This document shows positions 1-12,181 of a stretch of 64,000 nucleotides of DNA, piece after piece (position 1 is the first letter of the stretch; every line of letters starts with the position of its first letter). The stretch is from NCBI GenBank assembly GCA_002633005.1, contig NMRA01000557.1, positions 81,679 through 145,678 on the forward strand, written 5' to 3'. Origin of the DNA: Phoronis australis. Its lineage: Eukaryota > Animalia > Phoronida. The notes under the pieces were generated by a model that was not told the DNA's origin, searched no databases, and worked only from the letters and a program-made list of their open reading frames with translations. The translations under genes and the position numbers were made by a program.

Positions 1-337
1 CGGCGATAATGTCCCTTTTGATGACGAATAACGACACATTTCGAATTTTAGACGCCCTTTTCAACTGCAGTAAGCAATTTTGCAGATTTGTTTTATTTTA
101 CACTTAGCCTTTTTTCCCTGGGGATCGCGTTAAAATAAAAATGAAAGATTAAAAAAAAACAATTTCCCCACAGGTGTGCAAATATGTAGTTAGAAAAAAA
201 TCACAAAATGTCGATCGCTGACTGCGTCCGTTTACTCATCGCTTGAGAGGTCTTGCTCAAAGATTAAATGTACCCATCCCTAAATCTGCCTATAAAAATC
301 ACATTCCCCTATGAAGGAAAACACGATCTGTTTCTAG

Positions 338-517
338 CGCTCCGTTACCATGAAAATGTTGTCAGCTGGCATACAAACCCAACGTCTCCAAAAGATGCAC
401 CACTCCCAAATTGGGAACCTTACAGTGATGACTTTGTACAGGCAATGATCGACGCCCGACCTGATCTAGTACCGAAGGATGACGATTGCACTGGAGAAGA
501 GCCTTTGGACGGTTGTG
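338..517 (+). CDS. Nuclear receptor (NR7-like) exon: hinge and LBD helix 1; gene 5'-partial, DBD exons not in window
   Basis: Acceptor tttctag|, donor |gtaagt, phase 1/1. Translates LRYHENVVSW...YSDDFVQAMIDARPDLVPKDDDCTGEEPLDGC and splices in frame to the 16546 exon (G|AA=E). Confidence 0.75.
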
Positions 518-919
518 GTAAGTAAAAAATGCCGTGGGAGCTCATTAACGCTAGCCGTTTATAAAACACACGCGAAATTTTAGCTCAAAATGTTACACAA
601 CGGATACATGCGATTATAAATGTGGATGCGATTGCTTTGGAAATCATCTTAATTTTAATGTTTGACATAGAGAGAATCAGTGGCGGATCTAGGATATCAC
701 AAGGGGGGGGGCCAACATTTTGTCTGGCTGTAAACATTTGCGCAAACTGAACCACGATTGTAGATGCGCATAGCACCAAATGGGGGGAGGCCCCTATCCC
801 GCCCAGGAAATTTTTCTGTTTTGACCTCCAAAAATCAAGTATTTTCCTTGATTCCTGAAGTATTAACCAAGAAAAAAGGCAAAAAACACGGAGAACGTGT
901 CAAACAGGAAAAAACGCAA

Positions 920-990
920 GAACCAAAGACTCGATCTCACGACCTTGCGCATAGAGCGCGTGTGCGTTACCACTGCACCACCACGAATTA
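920..990 (-). other. tRNA-like (Pol III A/B-box) remnant, probably pseudogene or SINE head
   Basis: Minus strand reads GTGGTGCAGTGGTAA (A-box-like) ... GAGATCGAGTC (B-box-like) followed by a T-run. No convincing full cloverleaf. Confidence 0.35.
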
Positions 991-1500
991 GCTACCAATT
1001 TCTTACTACGAGACGTACTTGTTTATGGTCCACAGCGTTTGCGCGCGGAACCTACTTCTTTTTGTAATACTTATTACACGTTTTGTGCCATCGATTCTTA
1101 ACAAATTTGTCGTATTCAAAATAGTCTTAAAATGCCCAAAAGCCCAAATCCGTTATTCGTGTTGGCAATAATGACCGGGGATTGCTTTGGAAATCATCTT
1201 AACATAAGGTTTGACAAAGAGAGTATTGCGAGTTTCTGAGTGATTCACTAATCTTACCAGCAGCGATTCACCCATCTTACCAGCAGCTTCTGTTTTTTCA
1301 TCGTCACTCAGGTTCCATTTTCTTTAAAAAATGAAGCAATTTTTCTTCATTGCACAGTGGAGCAGACGACGGAAACTGAGTCGTTGTGCGCAGCGCCACT
1401 GCCGGTCGCTTGGGATATCGCGGGAGAGCCTATACTTAGCCATAGTTCCGTTACGAATGCGCCGTGTTCCGAATTTGACACTTGAAATTGGATTTGAGCC

Positions 1501-1834
1501 NNNNNNNNNNNNNNNNNNNNNNNNNNNNNNNNNNNNNNNNNNNNNNNNNNNNNNNNNNNNNNNNNNNNNNNNNNNNNNNNNNNNNNNNNNNNNNNNNNNN
1601 NNNNNNNNNNNNNNNNNNNNNNNNNNNNNNNNNNNNNNNNNNNNNNNNNNNNNNNNNNNNNNNNNNNNNNNNNNNNNNNNNNNNNNNNNNNNNNNNNNNN
1701 NNNNNNNNNNNNNNNNNNNNNNNNNNNNNNNNNNNNNNNNNNNNNNNNNNNNNNNNNNNNNNNNNNNNNNNNNNNNNNNNNNNNNNNNNNNNNNNNNNNN
1801 NNNNNNNNNNNNNNNNNNNNNNNNNNNNNNNNNN
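1501..1834. other. Assembly gap
   Basis: Run of N. Confidence 1.
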
Positions 1835-1836
1835 AC

Positions 1837-1839
<3 letters not shown>

Positions 1840-1899
<60 letters not shown>

Positions 1900-1926
1900 T
1901 TCCGGCACACGCACACACACACACAC
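1840..1926. repeat. (CA)n microsatellite
   Basis: Long CA run directly after the gap. Confidence 0.97.
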
Positions 1927-2748
1927 TAAAACTGCACACATTATTAAATCTTGTTCCAACCGCATAATGTTAATTACGGTGTTTAATTAATAAACTCAGT
2001 ATTTCATCACGCTCTTGCTCTTTTATTTTTGCGAAAGCCCTTTGGGGTGGGGAGAGGGCCCGGGTCCCCTGGCCTCACCCCCCTAAAGCCGCCTATGTTA
2101 TATATGAGTTGTCCATATACAGCATCACCTACACTAACAATGCGACAAACCCACATGCTCCATCTACATTAGTCAAATTGAAATTGGACATCAACTTTTG
2201 GCCCGGCGCAACTGACACGGAGAAAAATGGCCCGTGCCCAGCGGCCGTTTACACACACACGACGGAAATTGCAGGCTGGAGGGACTGGATCGCACATACG
2301 CAGGTTTACAAATGACGAGAGTGGCAGAGACAAAGAACCCGTATGAAGGTCGTTGCACAAGCGCAGTAGAGATGATCCTTTCCGCCTTGCTCCAGTTTCG
2401 CGTTTAGACTTATACATGTAATTGACACGGCGCAGGATGTTCGGGCGCAAATTCCTCTATTTCACAACGGGTGGCAAAAATTTGTCACCGCGGTGTCAAT
2501 TTGCTACGAGTCAGTCCGTTTACACACTGGGACATCTCGTTCCGTGTTAGCTGATCCGTGTCAACTTTGTAAGTGTAAACGGCACTATTGTGGGAGTCGC
2601 GACAAGTTATTCGAAAGTCCATTACATAACTAAACGATTAACGGCTAGCATCAACAACGTCACGCTAAGCTGCAAACAATGCTGGCAAGATGTTTACCAA
2701 TTTTTGTTAGTTTCTTGCAGAGTTCTGTCAATGTTTGTCTAGTTCATT

Positions 2749-4307
2749 ACTTGGCGGAATTCTACCGCCAAGTATGTTGGTCTGACTGCAAGTTTATTTT
2801 ACTTGGCGGAATTCTTCCGCCAAGTATGTTGGTCTGACAGCAAGCTAGCACTGTCATACTGTAGACTGGAATTCCAGGCCAAATACTATTGTAAACATAA
2901 CTTTGCTCTGCAGATTGTCACATTGTGCCACCGATTTTGGATTGTGGGAACAAAGCATGGCTCGTCCGTCATGATGCGCCATCTATTGTTCTTTATTGTA
3001 GTTCATTATATGCTCTCTATTTGATTTCTTCGCTAGACACACGAATGTTATCGCGTTATTCATAATTGCCGCCTTCATCGTCATGATCGTCGTCGTCCTC
3101 CCCACCGTCGTCTTTTCGATTAATTCCGCCAAGTTTCGCTCCTCCGAGCGTTCTCGTTAGTTTGTTGGCACTCTACAGGTTGCAATTTTTGTCCGATTTT
3201 CATGAAATTTGCACACAACGTGTAGATCGGAAAATCCTAGAAGCCAATTGTTTTTGGTCATGATCGGATACAAAATGGCGGACGTGGCGGCCATTTTGTA
3301 TCCGAATTCACAGTTAAATGCTCGTAGAGGCCGCATTTTTCGACTTACATGGCTGAAAATCAAATACGATTATACTAGAACGCAAGTGCTACAAGTGTGC
3401 TAAAAATCGTTGACTTCCGCTCAAAGATGGCGGAAATATCGGAAGTGCCGCCCGCGCACCCCGAAATATGGCCAAAAACGTTTTCTCCTGTAGAGGGCGC
3501 ATTTCACTCACTTTCAAACTGGTCACGTAATTGTTGAGTTTAATAAGCTTTTATAAATTTTTTTTGAACCGTAAGTCACTTTCAAGATGGCGGCTGTGGC
3601 GCATGTTCACACGGTTTCAATCGTTCTGCTGACGCGTTTTTAACAGGAAAAGCAAATGACGTGAATTTTTGCATGTGGATTCCTTTAAGTATGGCCTTTC
3701 AAAAAGTCTGCGAGAGCGTATTTCTCAGACTTACCGTTTTCGAGTTATTTGTCTTTGAATTTCAAAAAAAATGGCAGATTTTCAATTTTTTTCGATTTTT
3801 TTTAGATTTTTGTCAAACTATCACTTTAGATAGAGTTTTGAACGGGCTTCCAAAAATATTTTCCATTTTGCGCTACAACATCTACTTTTTGAATTATTCG
3901 AGATTTTCGGATACCGTTGTTCCTTCGGTCACCTATGCAAGCAGGCAGCTGGCTGGCTTTCAGTTCACGCTGTTTTGGTTATGCCTAGTTGACCCCGACT
4001 GACCCAGCCAGCACTGTCCTACTGTAGACTGGAATTCCAGGCCAAATAACTTTCCTCTGCAGACTGTCACATAGCGCCACCTATTTTGGAATGTGGGAAC
4101 AAAGCATGGCTCGTCCGTCATGTTGCGCCATCTATTGTTCTTTATTGTAGTTTATTGTATGCTCTCCATTTGATTTCTTCACTATTCACATGAATGTTAT
4201 CGTGTTGTTCATAATTGCCACCTTGATCGTCATGATTGTCGTTGTCCTCCCCAATGTCGTCTTTTCGATTAATTCCGCCAAGTGTCGCTCCTCCGAGCTC
4301 TCTCGTT
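2749..4307 (+). mobile_element. Non-autonomous Helentron (HINE/DINE-1-like) element, long copy
   Basis: 5' subTIR ACTTGGCGGAATT with adjacent inverted CCGCCAAGT; 3' subTIR AATTCCGCCAAGT (4271-4283) followed by hairpin GCTC-CTCC-GAGC; T-rich flanks. Confidence 0.65.
2801..3158 (+). mobile_element. Short deletion derivative of the same HINE nested in the long copy
   Basis: Has its own 5' subTIR (2801), 3' subTIR (3122-3134) and hairpin CGCTC-CTCC-GAGCG. 2848-3158 is highly similar to 4010-4307. Confidence 0.65.
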
Positions 4308-4344
4308 TTGAAAATTACCGCATTTATCAAATACTATATACATG

Positions 4345-4890
4345 ATGCAAGGCTTGGAATTGTCCACGGAAACGCGGATTTCCGTTTTTTTTTTATTCCT
4401 TTCGCGTATTTTCGTTATGCTTCTGCGGAAAAAATCGGGTTTGTCATAAAATTATCTCGGCAAATTGGTTTCTCACCGCGGCGTTACCGACGGCTCGAAA
4501 CTGCTCTTTATGCTTCGGAGGAACGAAATTTGTAATCGCGGATCTCAGGCGCTCGAATTTCCCGATGACTCGTAACCATACACAGGAAACATGCTTTCTT
4601 ATTAATGAGTGACGTCAGAGGCACTTGAGGAACAGATAAATTCAAGCGCCTGTGTCATGGATAGCGTGGTTCATCAATGGCGTCTGCAGTTGGTATAAAA
4701 TCGCGACGACAAATAGTGCGATTCTGTAGTCAAAAATGCGTGGAGCGTGGAGTAGACAGAATATTTTGTGGAAAAGTGGATAAAAGAAACGGTCAATGTC
4801 TTCACAAACAACATAAGTCAAGGTTTGTGCTCTGTAAACTTTGAGCCGGAGAGGAACAATTACGGAGTGCGTGGGCGAGTCGCCTCGGAC
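4345..4890 (+). mobile_element. Possible degenerate 5' portion of a hAT-type element
   Basis: Fragmentary peptides VKNAW and FVLCKL..NYGVRGRVA resemble the N-terminal zinc-finger region of hAT transposases. Disrupted. Confidence 0.3.
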
Positions 4891-5133
4891 TAAGTTGGAG
4901 TTGGACGACCTACTGAAAACGATGGAACACTAGAAATAACAACGCTTCCTGAAAGGAAATTCAACTGTAACCGGTTATTCGTTAGATTAGAATCGTGGGA
5001 TGTGAGTGATGTATGAAATTCTTTTGTTTGAACCCTCATGCACGCCCATTGCCGTTGACTGCTAAGCCCTAAGGCCTGACCGCCTGAGTGCGATTTTCTA
5101 CGTGCCAACGAAACGGGATACTAAGTGGTATTC

Positions 5134-5287
5134 AGGGGCGGATTCAGGATGTTGAGGTGGGGGGGCAGGGCATAGTAATAGCCAGGATTTTGACCGTCAG
5201 ACATTCGCACCCCCATACTGCCAAATAGAATCTGCGAGAATTTTAGGGGGGACATGGCCGCCTTGGCCCCCTCTAAATCCGCCACTG
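5134..5287. mobile_element. Short MITE of the CAG(G/T)GGCGGAT...ATCCGCC(A/C)CTG family
   Basis: Termini CAGGGGCGGATT / AATCCGCCACTG. Related copies or fragments near 679, 14340, 22318-22638 and 26843-26992. Confidence 0.65.
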
Positions 5288-7510
5288 CTACTTTCGTCGC
5301 TGCAAATGCGTTTTAAATTGCCTTTTATGTGATTCAATTTATTTTGACATTTTTCGTGTTCTATTTCGTGACTCGAGTTTTGCAGTTTTAGTGATCACGT
5401 GACAGATTCTGAATGATCTGAAGTCTAAGCCATTGTTTGCAAATTCTGCCAGACTATTTTCAGTGTCCTGATAGTTATTTCTTATGTCACATAGTTTCTT
5501 CTTCACCAGCGTGGTTTATGAACAATTAACTCCTGTAATTACTGTTTGAACCCGAAAAGTTTGGCCAACTTAGGATTGCAATTGATGCATTCTATAAAGT
5601 ATGTTGTTTTTTACTTTCATTTTTCCATGCTAACAATTGCGGTATGAGCCTCAGGTTTTCGTCTTAACTTTTTTCCATTTGCGTTGGAATTAAATTTTTT
5701 TTTGTTGGAATAAATGTGTATGTATTTCAGGCTTTCTAGATAATCTATGGATCGATTTTCAAATTCTTTGTAATTTTGTATCCTAATTATAAAAATTGAA
5801 AAGAATTTTGTAGGACTCCCTCAGTGCAGCAAATCAAGAATGAGCTCCTGACTCAGACTGCAATTTTCTATCATTATCTTTATTTTTTTAATTTTAAAAA
5901 TATTTTTGTTGCATCTAATTGCCTTCATTGTTGTTGCTGAAATAAATGTCAGGTACTGCTTAAGATGAGTGAGTTTTGCCATCACGACACAGAAACTTGC
6001 GATCTGTTGAAGTATGGTTTAGATTGAAATGTGTATTTAGGGCCGTAAAAAATTCCTCTCGTTGTCACGGGTCATTCCAAGCCCTGATGATGGTATTTGG
6101 ATGTATTAATCCCAAATTTAAAAGAAAAATACGTGTTTCGGGCAATGATCATCTGGAGCATTAATGGAGCATGTTACCCACAACGGAAGTGGCCATTTAG
6201 TAAATGAATTCTGTGTAATTTTAAGATCAATAAACTTAGGAACGTTTACGTTTTGAGGCAACATTTGCTGTTGTGTTGTTAATCAAGAAAATCTTAAATA
6301 TTCATAAAAAACAAAAAGATAAATGACTATTTTATACACAATAAAGGGAGAACTCCAAGGAGAAAGCAAATTTTAAACCCTGGAACACATTGTGAAATTC
6401 TATTGACGTTTTTCGAATACCGAAATTCAAGATTCAATACAAAATTATATGACATTTGTGCAATGCAATACATATTTTAGATTTTTTTTTTGAAATTCCA
6501 GAACGATTGAGGTCACATAGTGTAAGGGAGGAGACGAGGTGGATGAGACATTTTGTCTCATATTGACAAATTTTGATATTTCACAATCTAAATTGATTTC
6601 GAGTGATTTCCACAGGTGGCTGTGATACTGGGACACCAATGGAGTTTAACATTTTATAATTGTTGTATCTTTTCAAATGAAAATAAGATAGTGAAACTTG
6701 TTTTTTTTTTCCAGTAAAAACATTGTGCAGTCTGTAGTCTCAACCAGGCGCCTTGGAAACTAGTACAGCGTGATGACCTGGCAGATTTCGATTTTCTGTG
6801 TGCTTTTATATTTTGATGCCAGTTTGTCTAGTATGAGAACGTTGGTTGTAATGTCACTATTTGGAATAGCACCAAACAAAATGGTTTAGCGGAAATAGCT
6901 AGCGATGTTGAGCACGGATTAGCAAATTAGCTTTCTACTATTAAATATTGTGTTTGTCTTTTAAAATACCTTCCACCATGAAATGTTTTAGTGTCGCATG
7001 TAGACACTTCTCATTTTTATCAGTTCCATCTGTACATGTACTTCAGGTCTCTTTCTATCTCAGAAGTCGTTGTGGCGTGTGATCTATTATTTGGCTAGAG
7101 CCCGCTATGACACCGACGGCCTACTACTCTAAAGGCCCATTACTTCGAAAAAACACAACTCCGAAAAAAACTCCGGAATTTTTTTTAAAGTTGTCACCGC
7201 GGTGTCAATTTGCTCCAGTTCAGTCTCGTTTACACACCGACTAGAGCTGGAACAACTCGTTCCTTGTCAGCTGATCTGTGTCAACTCAAGTTTGTACTGC
7301 ACTTTTGTGAGAGGCTTTATTACCTCATCTACAGCACAATTTCGCTTTCAAAAATTAAAAATATTTATTAATTTTGGCTGATGATCAAGGTTTTGAGATG
7401 TTGCTGAACTTGATATGAACCACCATCCAATCCTTTTTGCGTCTGTCTTATTTGACGAATAAAAAAGATATCCGATTTCTTTTCAGACCAGGCCGGGGCT
7501 TTCGCACTAG

Positions 7511-10500
7511 TACTCGGTGGGCCAGAATTTGTAGGGTCTCTAGAAAATGGGTTTTTTGAGTACTTTTGGGGGGCAATTTTATTTTGGTGTTTTTTAATTC
7601 ATTTATTAGAGTGTTTTCAAAATCTAAAAAGTTCCCACATATAAAGTTGCACATTTTTGAGAAATTGGAGCTTGAAGTTACCTAATAATCACCAAAGAGC
7701 TTAGTCAACTTATATTTGTAAAAACAACAGTTTTGGTGACTTTTTTGTAAAACAAGTAATATGGTCCCGTCAGTGCCATTGCATTGAACAATCTTACACA
7801 TTACATGTTTTACTATTGTAGATTAATTGTAAACAGTGAATTTAAAAAATGTAAAGAGACACCTAGTGGCAAAAATGGAAACTACATGTAAGTCTGAATG
7901 TTACTAGGAAGTTATCCTGACATTGTCTGGCAACAAAAATAACACAAAACACTTGAGACTGGGAAAAATTTGTGCCACAATGACTAAAACATTGACTAAT
8001 GGTGTAAAATACAGCTTGGTTGCATAATACACCAGAAATACGTTATAGTACAAAAACGTATAGTTGAATGATCTCTGTGAATGTGCAAACAGACTGTATG
8101 AAAATAATAGATTATTCTGACAGCGTTTATCAAGCAGTATGAGACAAATACATGACAACGATCAAAGTATGTACTTTCTATGACTTAATCAACAAATAAA
8201 ATTAACTTTTTACTACAGAAAAACGAAATAACGGGGTTGGATGTCTATTTAGGGTTGACTTGTCATAGAACTATCCAATGTTATGCAGTCAGTATTGCTG
8301 ATGGTACTACAGTTGTTACAGCTGCACATTTCTGTACAGTTTGACCCAGCATTGCAGCACAAACTCAGTTTCCCAGCACACATGTTCTTTTTGCACTTGC
8401 AGCGTTCATCATTTAGTACTGTCAATGGAGATGCGGTCATTGCGGCTGCCATCATACATTTTAACTGCAAAGCTCCACCGCCAAGGAGCCAACTATGGTC
8501 TATTAGAGAGGGTACAGCACTGCACACTGGTGATTGGCCCGCAGGCAATGAAGGGTCAAACACTACATGTAAGTCCTTGGTTGGAGGCGGGCAGGATTTG
8601 GGCAAACGTTTGATTCAAAATATGTTATAATGGGCTGTGTTAATTAGAGTCAGCAAGTGAATTATTGAACACTAGCCTCAATTAACTTTCGTATCTCTTA
8701 GTCAGGCACAAACTACAACAGTGAGTACCTGAAGCTTCAACAATATTTCTTAAGATTGCCTGTCCAAATAACTTCATGCTCACCAGCTTTCTGAAGAGCA
8801 GCTTCAAAGTCTTACTTTAGTTTTGAAAGGCAAATGACATCTCCTTGTGTTAGAAGCTTTGATTCAATGAACTCCAAACAAAACTGTTCAAAAACATCTC
8901 TGAAAACTGTGGATTCGTCACTCTTCACAACCGTTGTCTTTCTATTTTTGATAGCATGATGATCTGTGGTACTTGGCTTCTAAGACACATGGTCTTTGAA
9001 TTTCATTTGCATATTCAGGGCTCTGGACTGAGCTGTTGCTTGTGATACAAGTCCAACTGAAAAAACCCGGACTGTTAACACTAATTTAACATTCAACTAT
9101 GAGTGAGTTGGCATGCAACTTTTTCAGACGGACTTATCAAGAACTGATCTACCACCATTCTGACAAATTTACATGCCGTCTGATCTGTAGCCTAAAAATG
9201 TTATCTCGTCTAATAATTAGATTAAATGATGCAACTGAAAATAAATCAGCTGATATACCAGTGCAGTGATTGAAATTTAATTTTTTTAAATCAGATGCTC
9301 AAACCATAGTCAATCGATTTACACTTAAGGTAATCAACGTTTGACGAAATGGACAGTGGCTTCCATCGACCTCAAATTTCGACGGCGACGATGGCCACTT
9401 TAGGCACTTTAATTTAATTATCATTGCAGCTACCTAAGTAATTAATGTTTACAAAAAATTGAGAAGAGGTTCCCCCTATCCCAGGACTACGGCAGGGAAT
9501 GACGGCCACTTGGGCATGTTGTTTGCAACCATCTACTCCATTCAACGTTCTCAAAAATTGTTGACTTAACGTGCTTTAAAATCACACCCACAGTATAACG
9601 CCATAGGATTATCCCTTAGCACAAGCAGTGTCGACGAGGCAACCGAACAATGGAGTGTTCGAAAAACAGGATTGCAGGAGTATTTGTTTAAACTGGGAAC
9701 AAATGAAAACATTAACATCCTCCTCAGAGACATCTCTCTACAAGGTACTTCTAAACTTATAGGAACATAATTTGCCGAAAAGCATCCGGCATATGGAGTA
9801 CCTATGGCATGATCATCGTCTATACTGGGTCAGCGGTATTGTCTGAGGCCTAGGCAGCCAAGGGGCTGAACGAGTTAAAGAAACAACTGGTGATAATACT
9901 GAAACACACATGGAAAACACCAAGGTGTACTTTTCAAAAACACGTACCTGTTTTTGAAAGCTATACTTCTATCTCTTTCTTGAAATATGGTCCATAATAT
10001 AATTTTCCTGCTAGCAAATGATGCACTCATGTTTCAGAATGTTCCTATCTTGTTCAGGTTAATTGGGTGTTTCAGATTTTGGAAGTATAATTGATTTTCT
10101 TGGGAAATCTTGGATAACGTCTGTATCACTTTCAGCAACTTCAGCTTTATTACTACTGTTGGTGCCTTGAAACGTTGCTATGCCGTTCTATATCCTTTCA
10201 ATTTTTTGGTCTGACACATGGTCTTCTAGTCTACAGCACTCAGCAGTATACTGTGTAGGCTACACCAGGACATGCAGATGTTTTCTGCACAAACGTTTGT
10301 GACACCTCTTCTTCTTTTTGATCTACTGATCTACAGAGTTCCACAATCCATCAGCTTTTGTCAAGAAGCTTTTCTAAGCTTCTTTAGGCTCTGACATCAC
10401 AATTTTGTGCTTTTTGATAAACCTTGAATTATGCAGGCATCACACTCCATGGGAGCAGCCATATTGAAGTAACTAAGCACAATACAATCTGGCTCTCTGA

Positions 10501-10715
10501 TTGGTCAATTCAATAGAAAAACGACACCAAGTGGCAGGAATTTGCATCATATTTTGTGGAACAAAAACACCTTTTTTAAAAAAAATGTGCAAGTGTAGAC
10601 GTGGGAGCTTTTTGGAATTTGATTTATAGCTATATTATCTAGCCAGTAGAAAAAACTAGGTTGCCCCCCCCAAGTACTCACAAGGATGAACGCTATGAGA
10701 TCTGGCCACCGACTA
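7511..10715 (-). mobile_element. Academ (AcademX-type) DNA transposon relic, internally deleted and degenerate
   Basis: Imperfect TIRs TACTCGGTGGGCCAGA / TCTGGCCACCGACTA with further matching blocks (GAGTACTT..GGGGGCAA, AAAAAGYTCCCAC, TTGCACATTTTT); 3-bp TSD TAG (7508-7510, 10716-10718). Minus ORF 8249-8605 has the PPT...CKC..C...CC....CT.MCSC..C Cys-rich C-terminus. Confidence 0.7.
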
Positions 10716-10926
10716 TAGTGGGCCTTCTGAGTAGTGACCAGTTACCGTTTCATTTATTTGCACTGTGCTATGTATAACTTTTGCCGGGCGGAGAATAGAC
10801 ACCCCATGCATTTTACATTGCGTAATAGAATATCACGATGCATACAACTATTGCATAACTCAAAATCAGCTTAGCCGAAACTTGACTGTCTACATGAATG
10901 GTCATTCTCACTCAGATTAGTGCTTG

Positions 10927-12060
10927 TTATGCGCCCACATATTTATATGTGGACGCATTATGCCGTCATCTCCGTCCGTCCGTCCGGGCGGCGTCCGTCC
11001 TGCGTCCGGCGTCTGCTGCTTTATCTCCAAAACCCTTTGACATACGTTCATGTAATTTGGCACATATGTTCCATTCATAAATGGAACGGCATGTGCGAAG
11101 TTTCGGACGAATTCGACTACCGGTGTGCCCCCTAGTGGCAATTTTAGTTTTTTACGCTTACCTTTGTAACCTTAAAATCCTGTACGGATTTTCATGAAAT
11201 TTGGTATGTAGGCACCTATTAACGAGATGATGCTATCCTGCCCTTTTTGATTCGACATAGTTTGCGCCACCTAGTGGCCATTTTTGGTGTTTTTCTAGTC
11301 TGTTTTTGTGCGTCCACCCCTCTATCAACCAAACCGGTCAAAGGATGATTGTGAAAATTGGCATGTATACATGTATGCTTACTATGTAGAGGACGGTTGA
11401 CGAGAATTTTCAGACGACTTGGACTACTGTGGAGCCTCCTAGTGGCAGTTTTGTTTTTTTTGTGCCTCTGGCTGTATCTCGTAAACCGTACGCAGGATCT
11501 TTACGAAATTTAATAAGTGTATTTATATTGTGTTAACAACAGACGATGACGACTTTTGGACGGATGCGCCTACCAGTGTGCCCCCTAGTGGCAATTTTGT
11601 TTTTCTACGTTTACCTCTGTATCTTCACAAGTCCTCAACGGATTTTCATGAAATTCGGTATGTAGGCACCTACTAGTGCCATGACGCTATCCTCCCGTTT
11701 TCGGATGGATTCGACCTAGTTTGCGACACCCAGTGGCCATTTTTACTGTTTTTGAGTCTGTTTTTTTGGCGTCCACCCCTCTATCAACCAAACCGCTATG
11801 AAAATTAACATGTATGTTCCTACTATGGAGAGAACGGTTGACGCTGAATTTCCCATGACTTTGATTACTGTGGCGCCTCCTAGTGGCAGTTTTTTTGCGC
11901 CCATGGCTGTATATCCCAAACCGTTTGCAGGATCTTTACTAAATTTAGCAAGTGTATTTATGTGATGTTGACAACGGACGATGACGACTTTAGGATGATT
12001 CTGACTACCGGTATGCCTCTAGTGGCATTTTTAGTATTTTACATTGACCTCTGTATTTTC
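10927..12060 (+). mobile_element. HINE/DINE-1-like element with internal ~150-bp subunits in a ~450-bp higher-order repeat
   Basis: 5' ATGCGCCCACAT...ATGTGGACGCAT inverted repeat, then a (CCGT)n microsatellite, then subunits each containing a CCTAGTGG-type core. 3' end not seen (gap follows). Confidence 0.7.
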
Positions 12061-12181
12061 ATAGGTCTTCAGGTGTATACTTTGTGTTACTTCGTGACTA
12101 TGAAGGAAAACTTCCAAGTAGAAATTTGTTTCTGGCATTCTAATGCTGTGCTAATCTCGTATGTTGGTAAATTTGTTTTTA

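Noticed and set aside
1353-1380. CACAGTG RSS-like heptamer (possible Transib/ProtoRAG end)
   Set aside because: No nonamer at 12/23 spacing, no RAG/Transib coding sequence, and any partner end would fall in the gap.
1324-1990. Long ORFs spanning the first gap
   Set aside because: Artefacts of N runs and the (CA)n repeat.
8249-8605. Host tesmin/LIN54 CXC-domain gene
   Set aside because: Lies inside TIR- and TSD-bounded degenerate transposase sequence; better explained as the Academ C-terminus.
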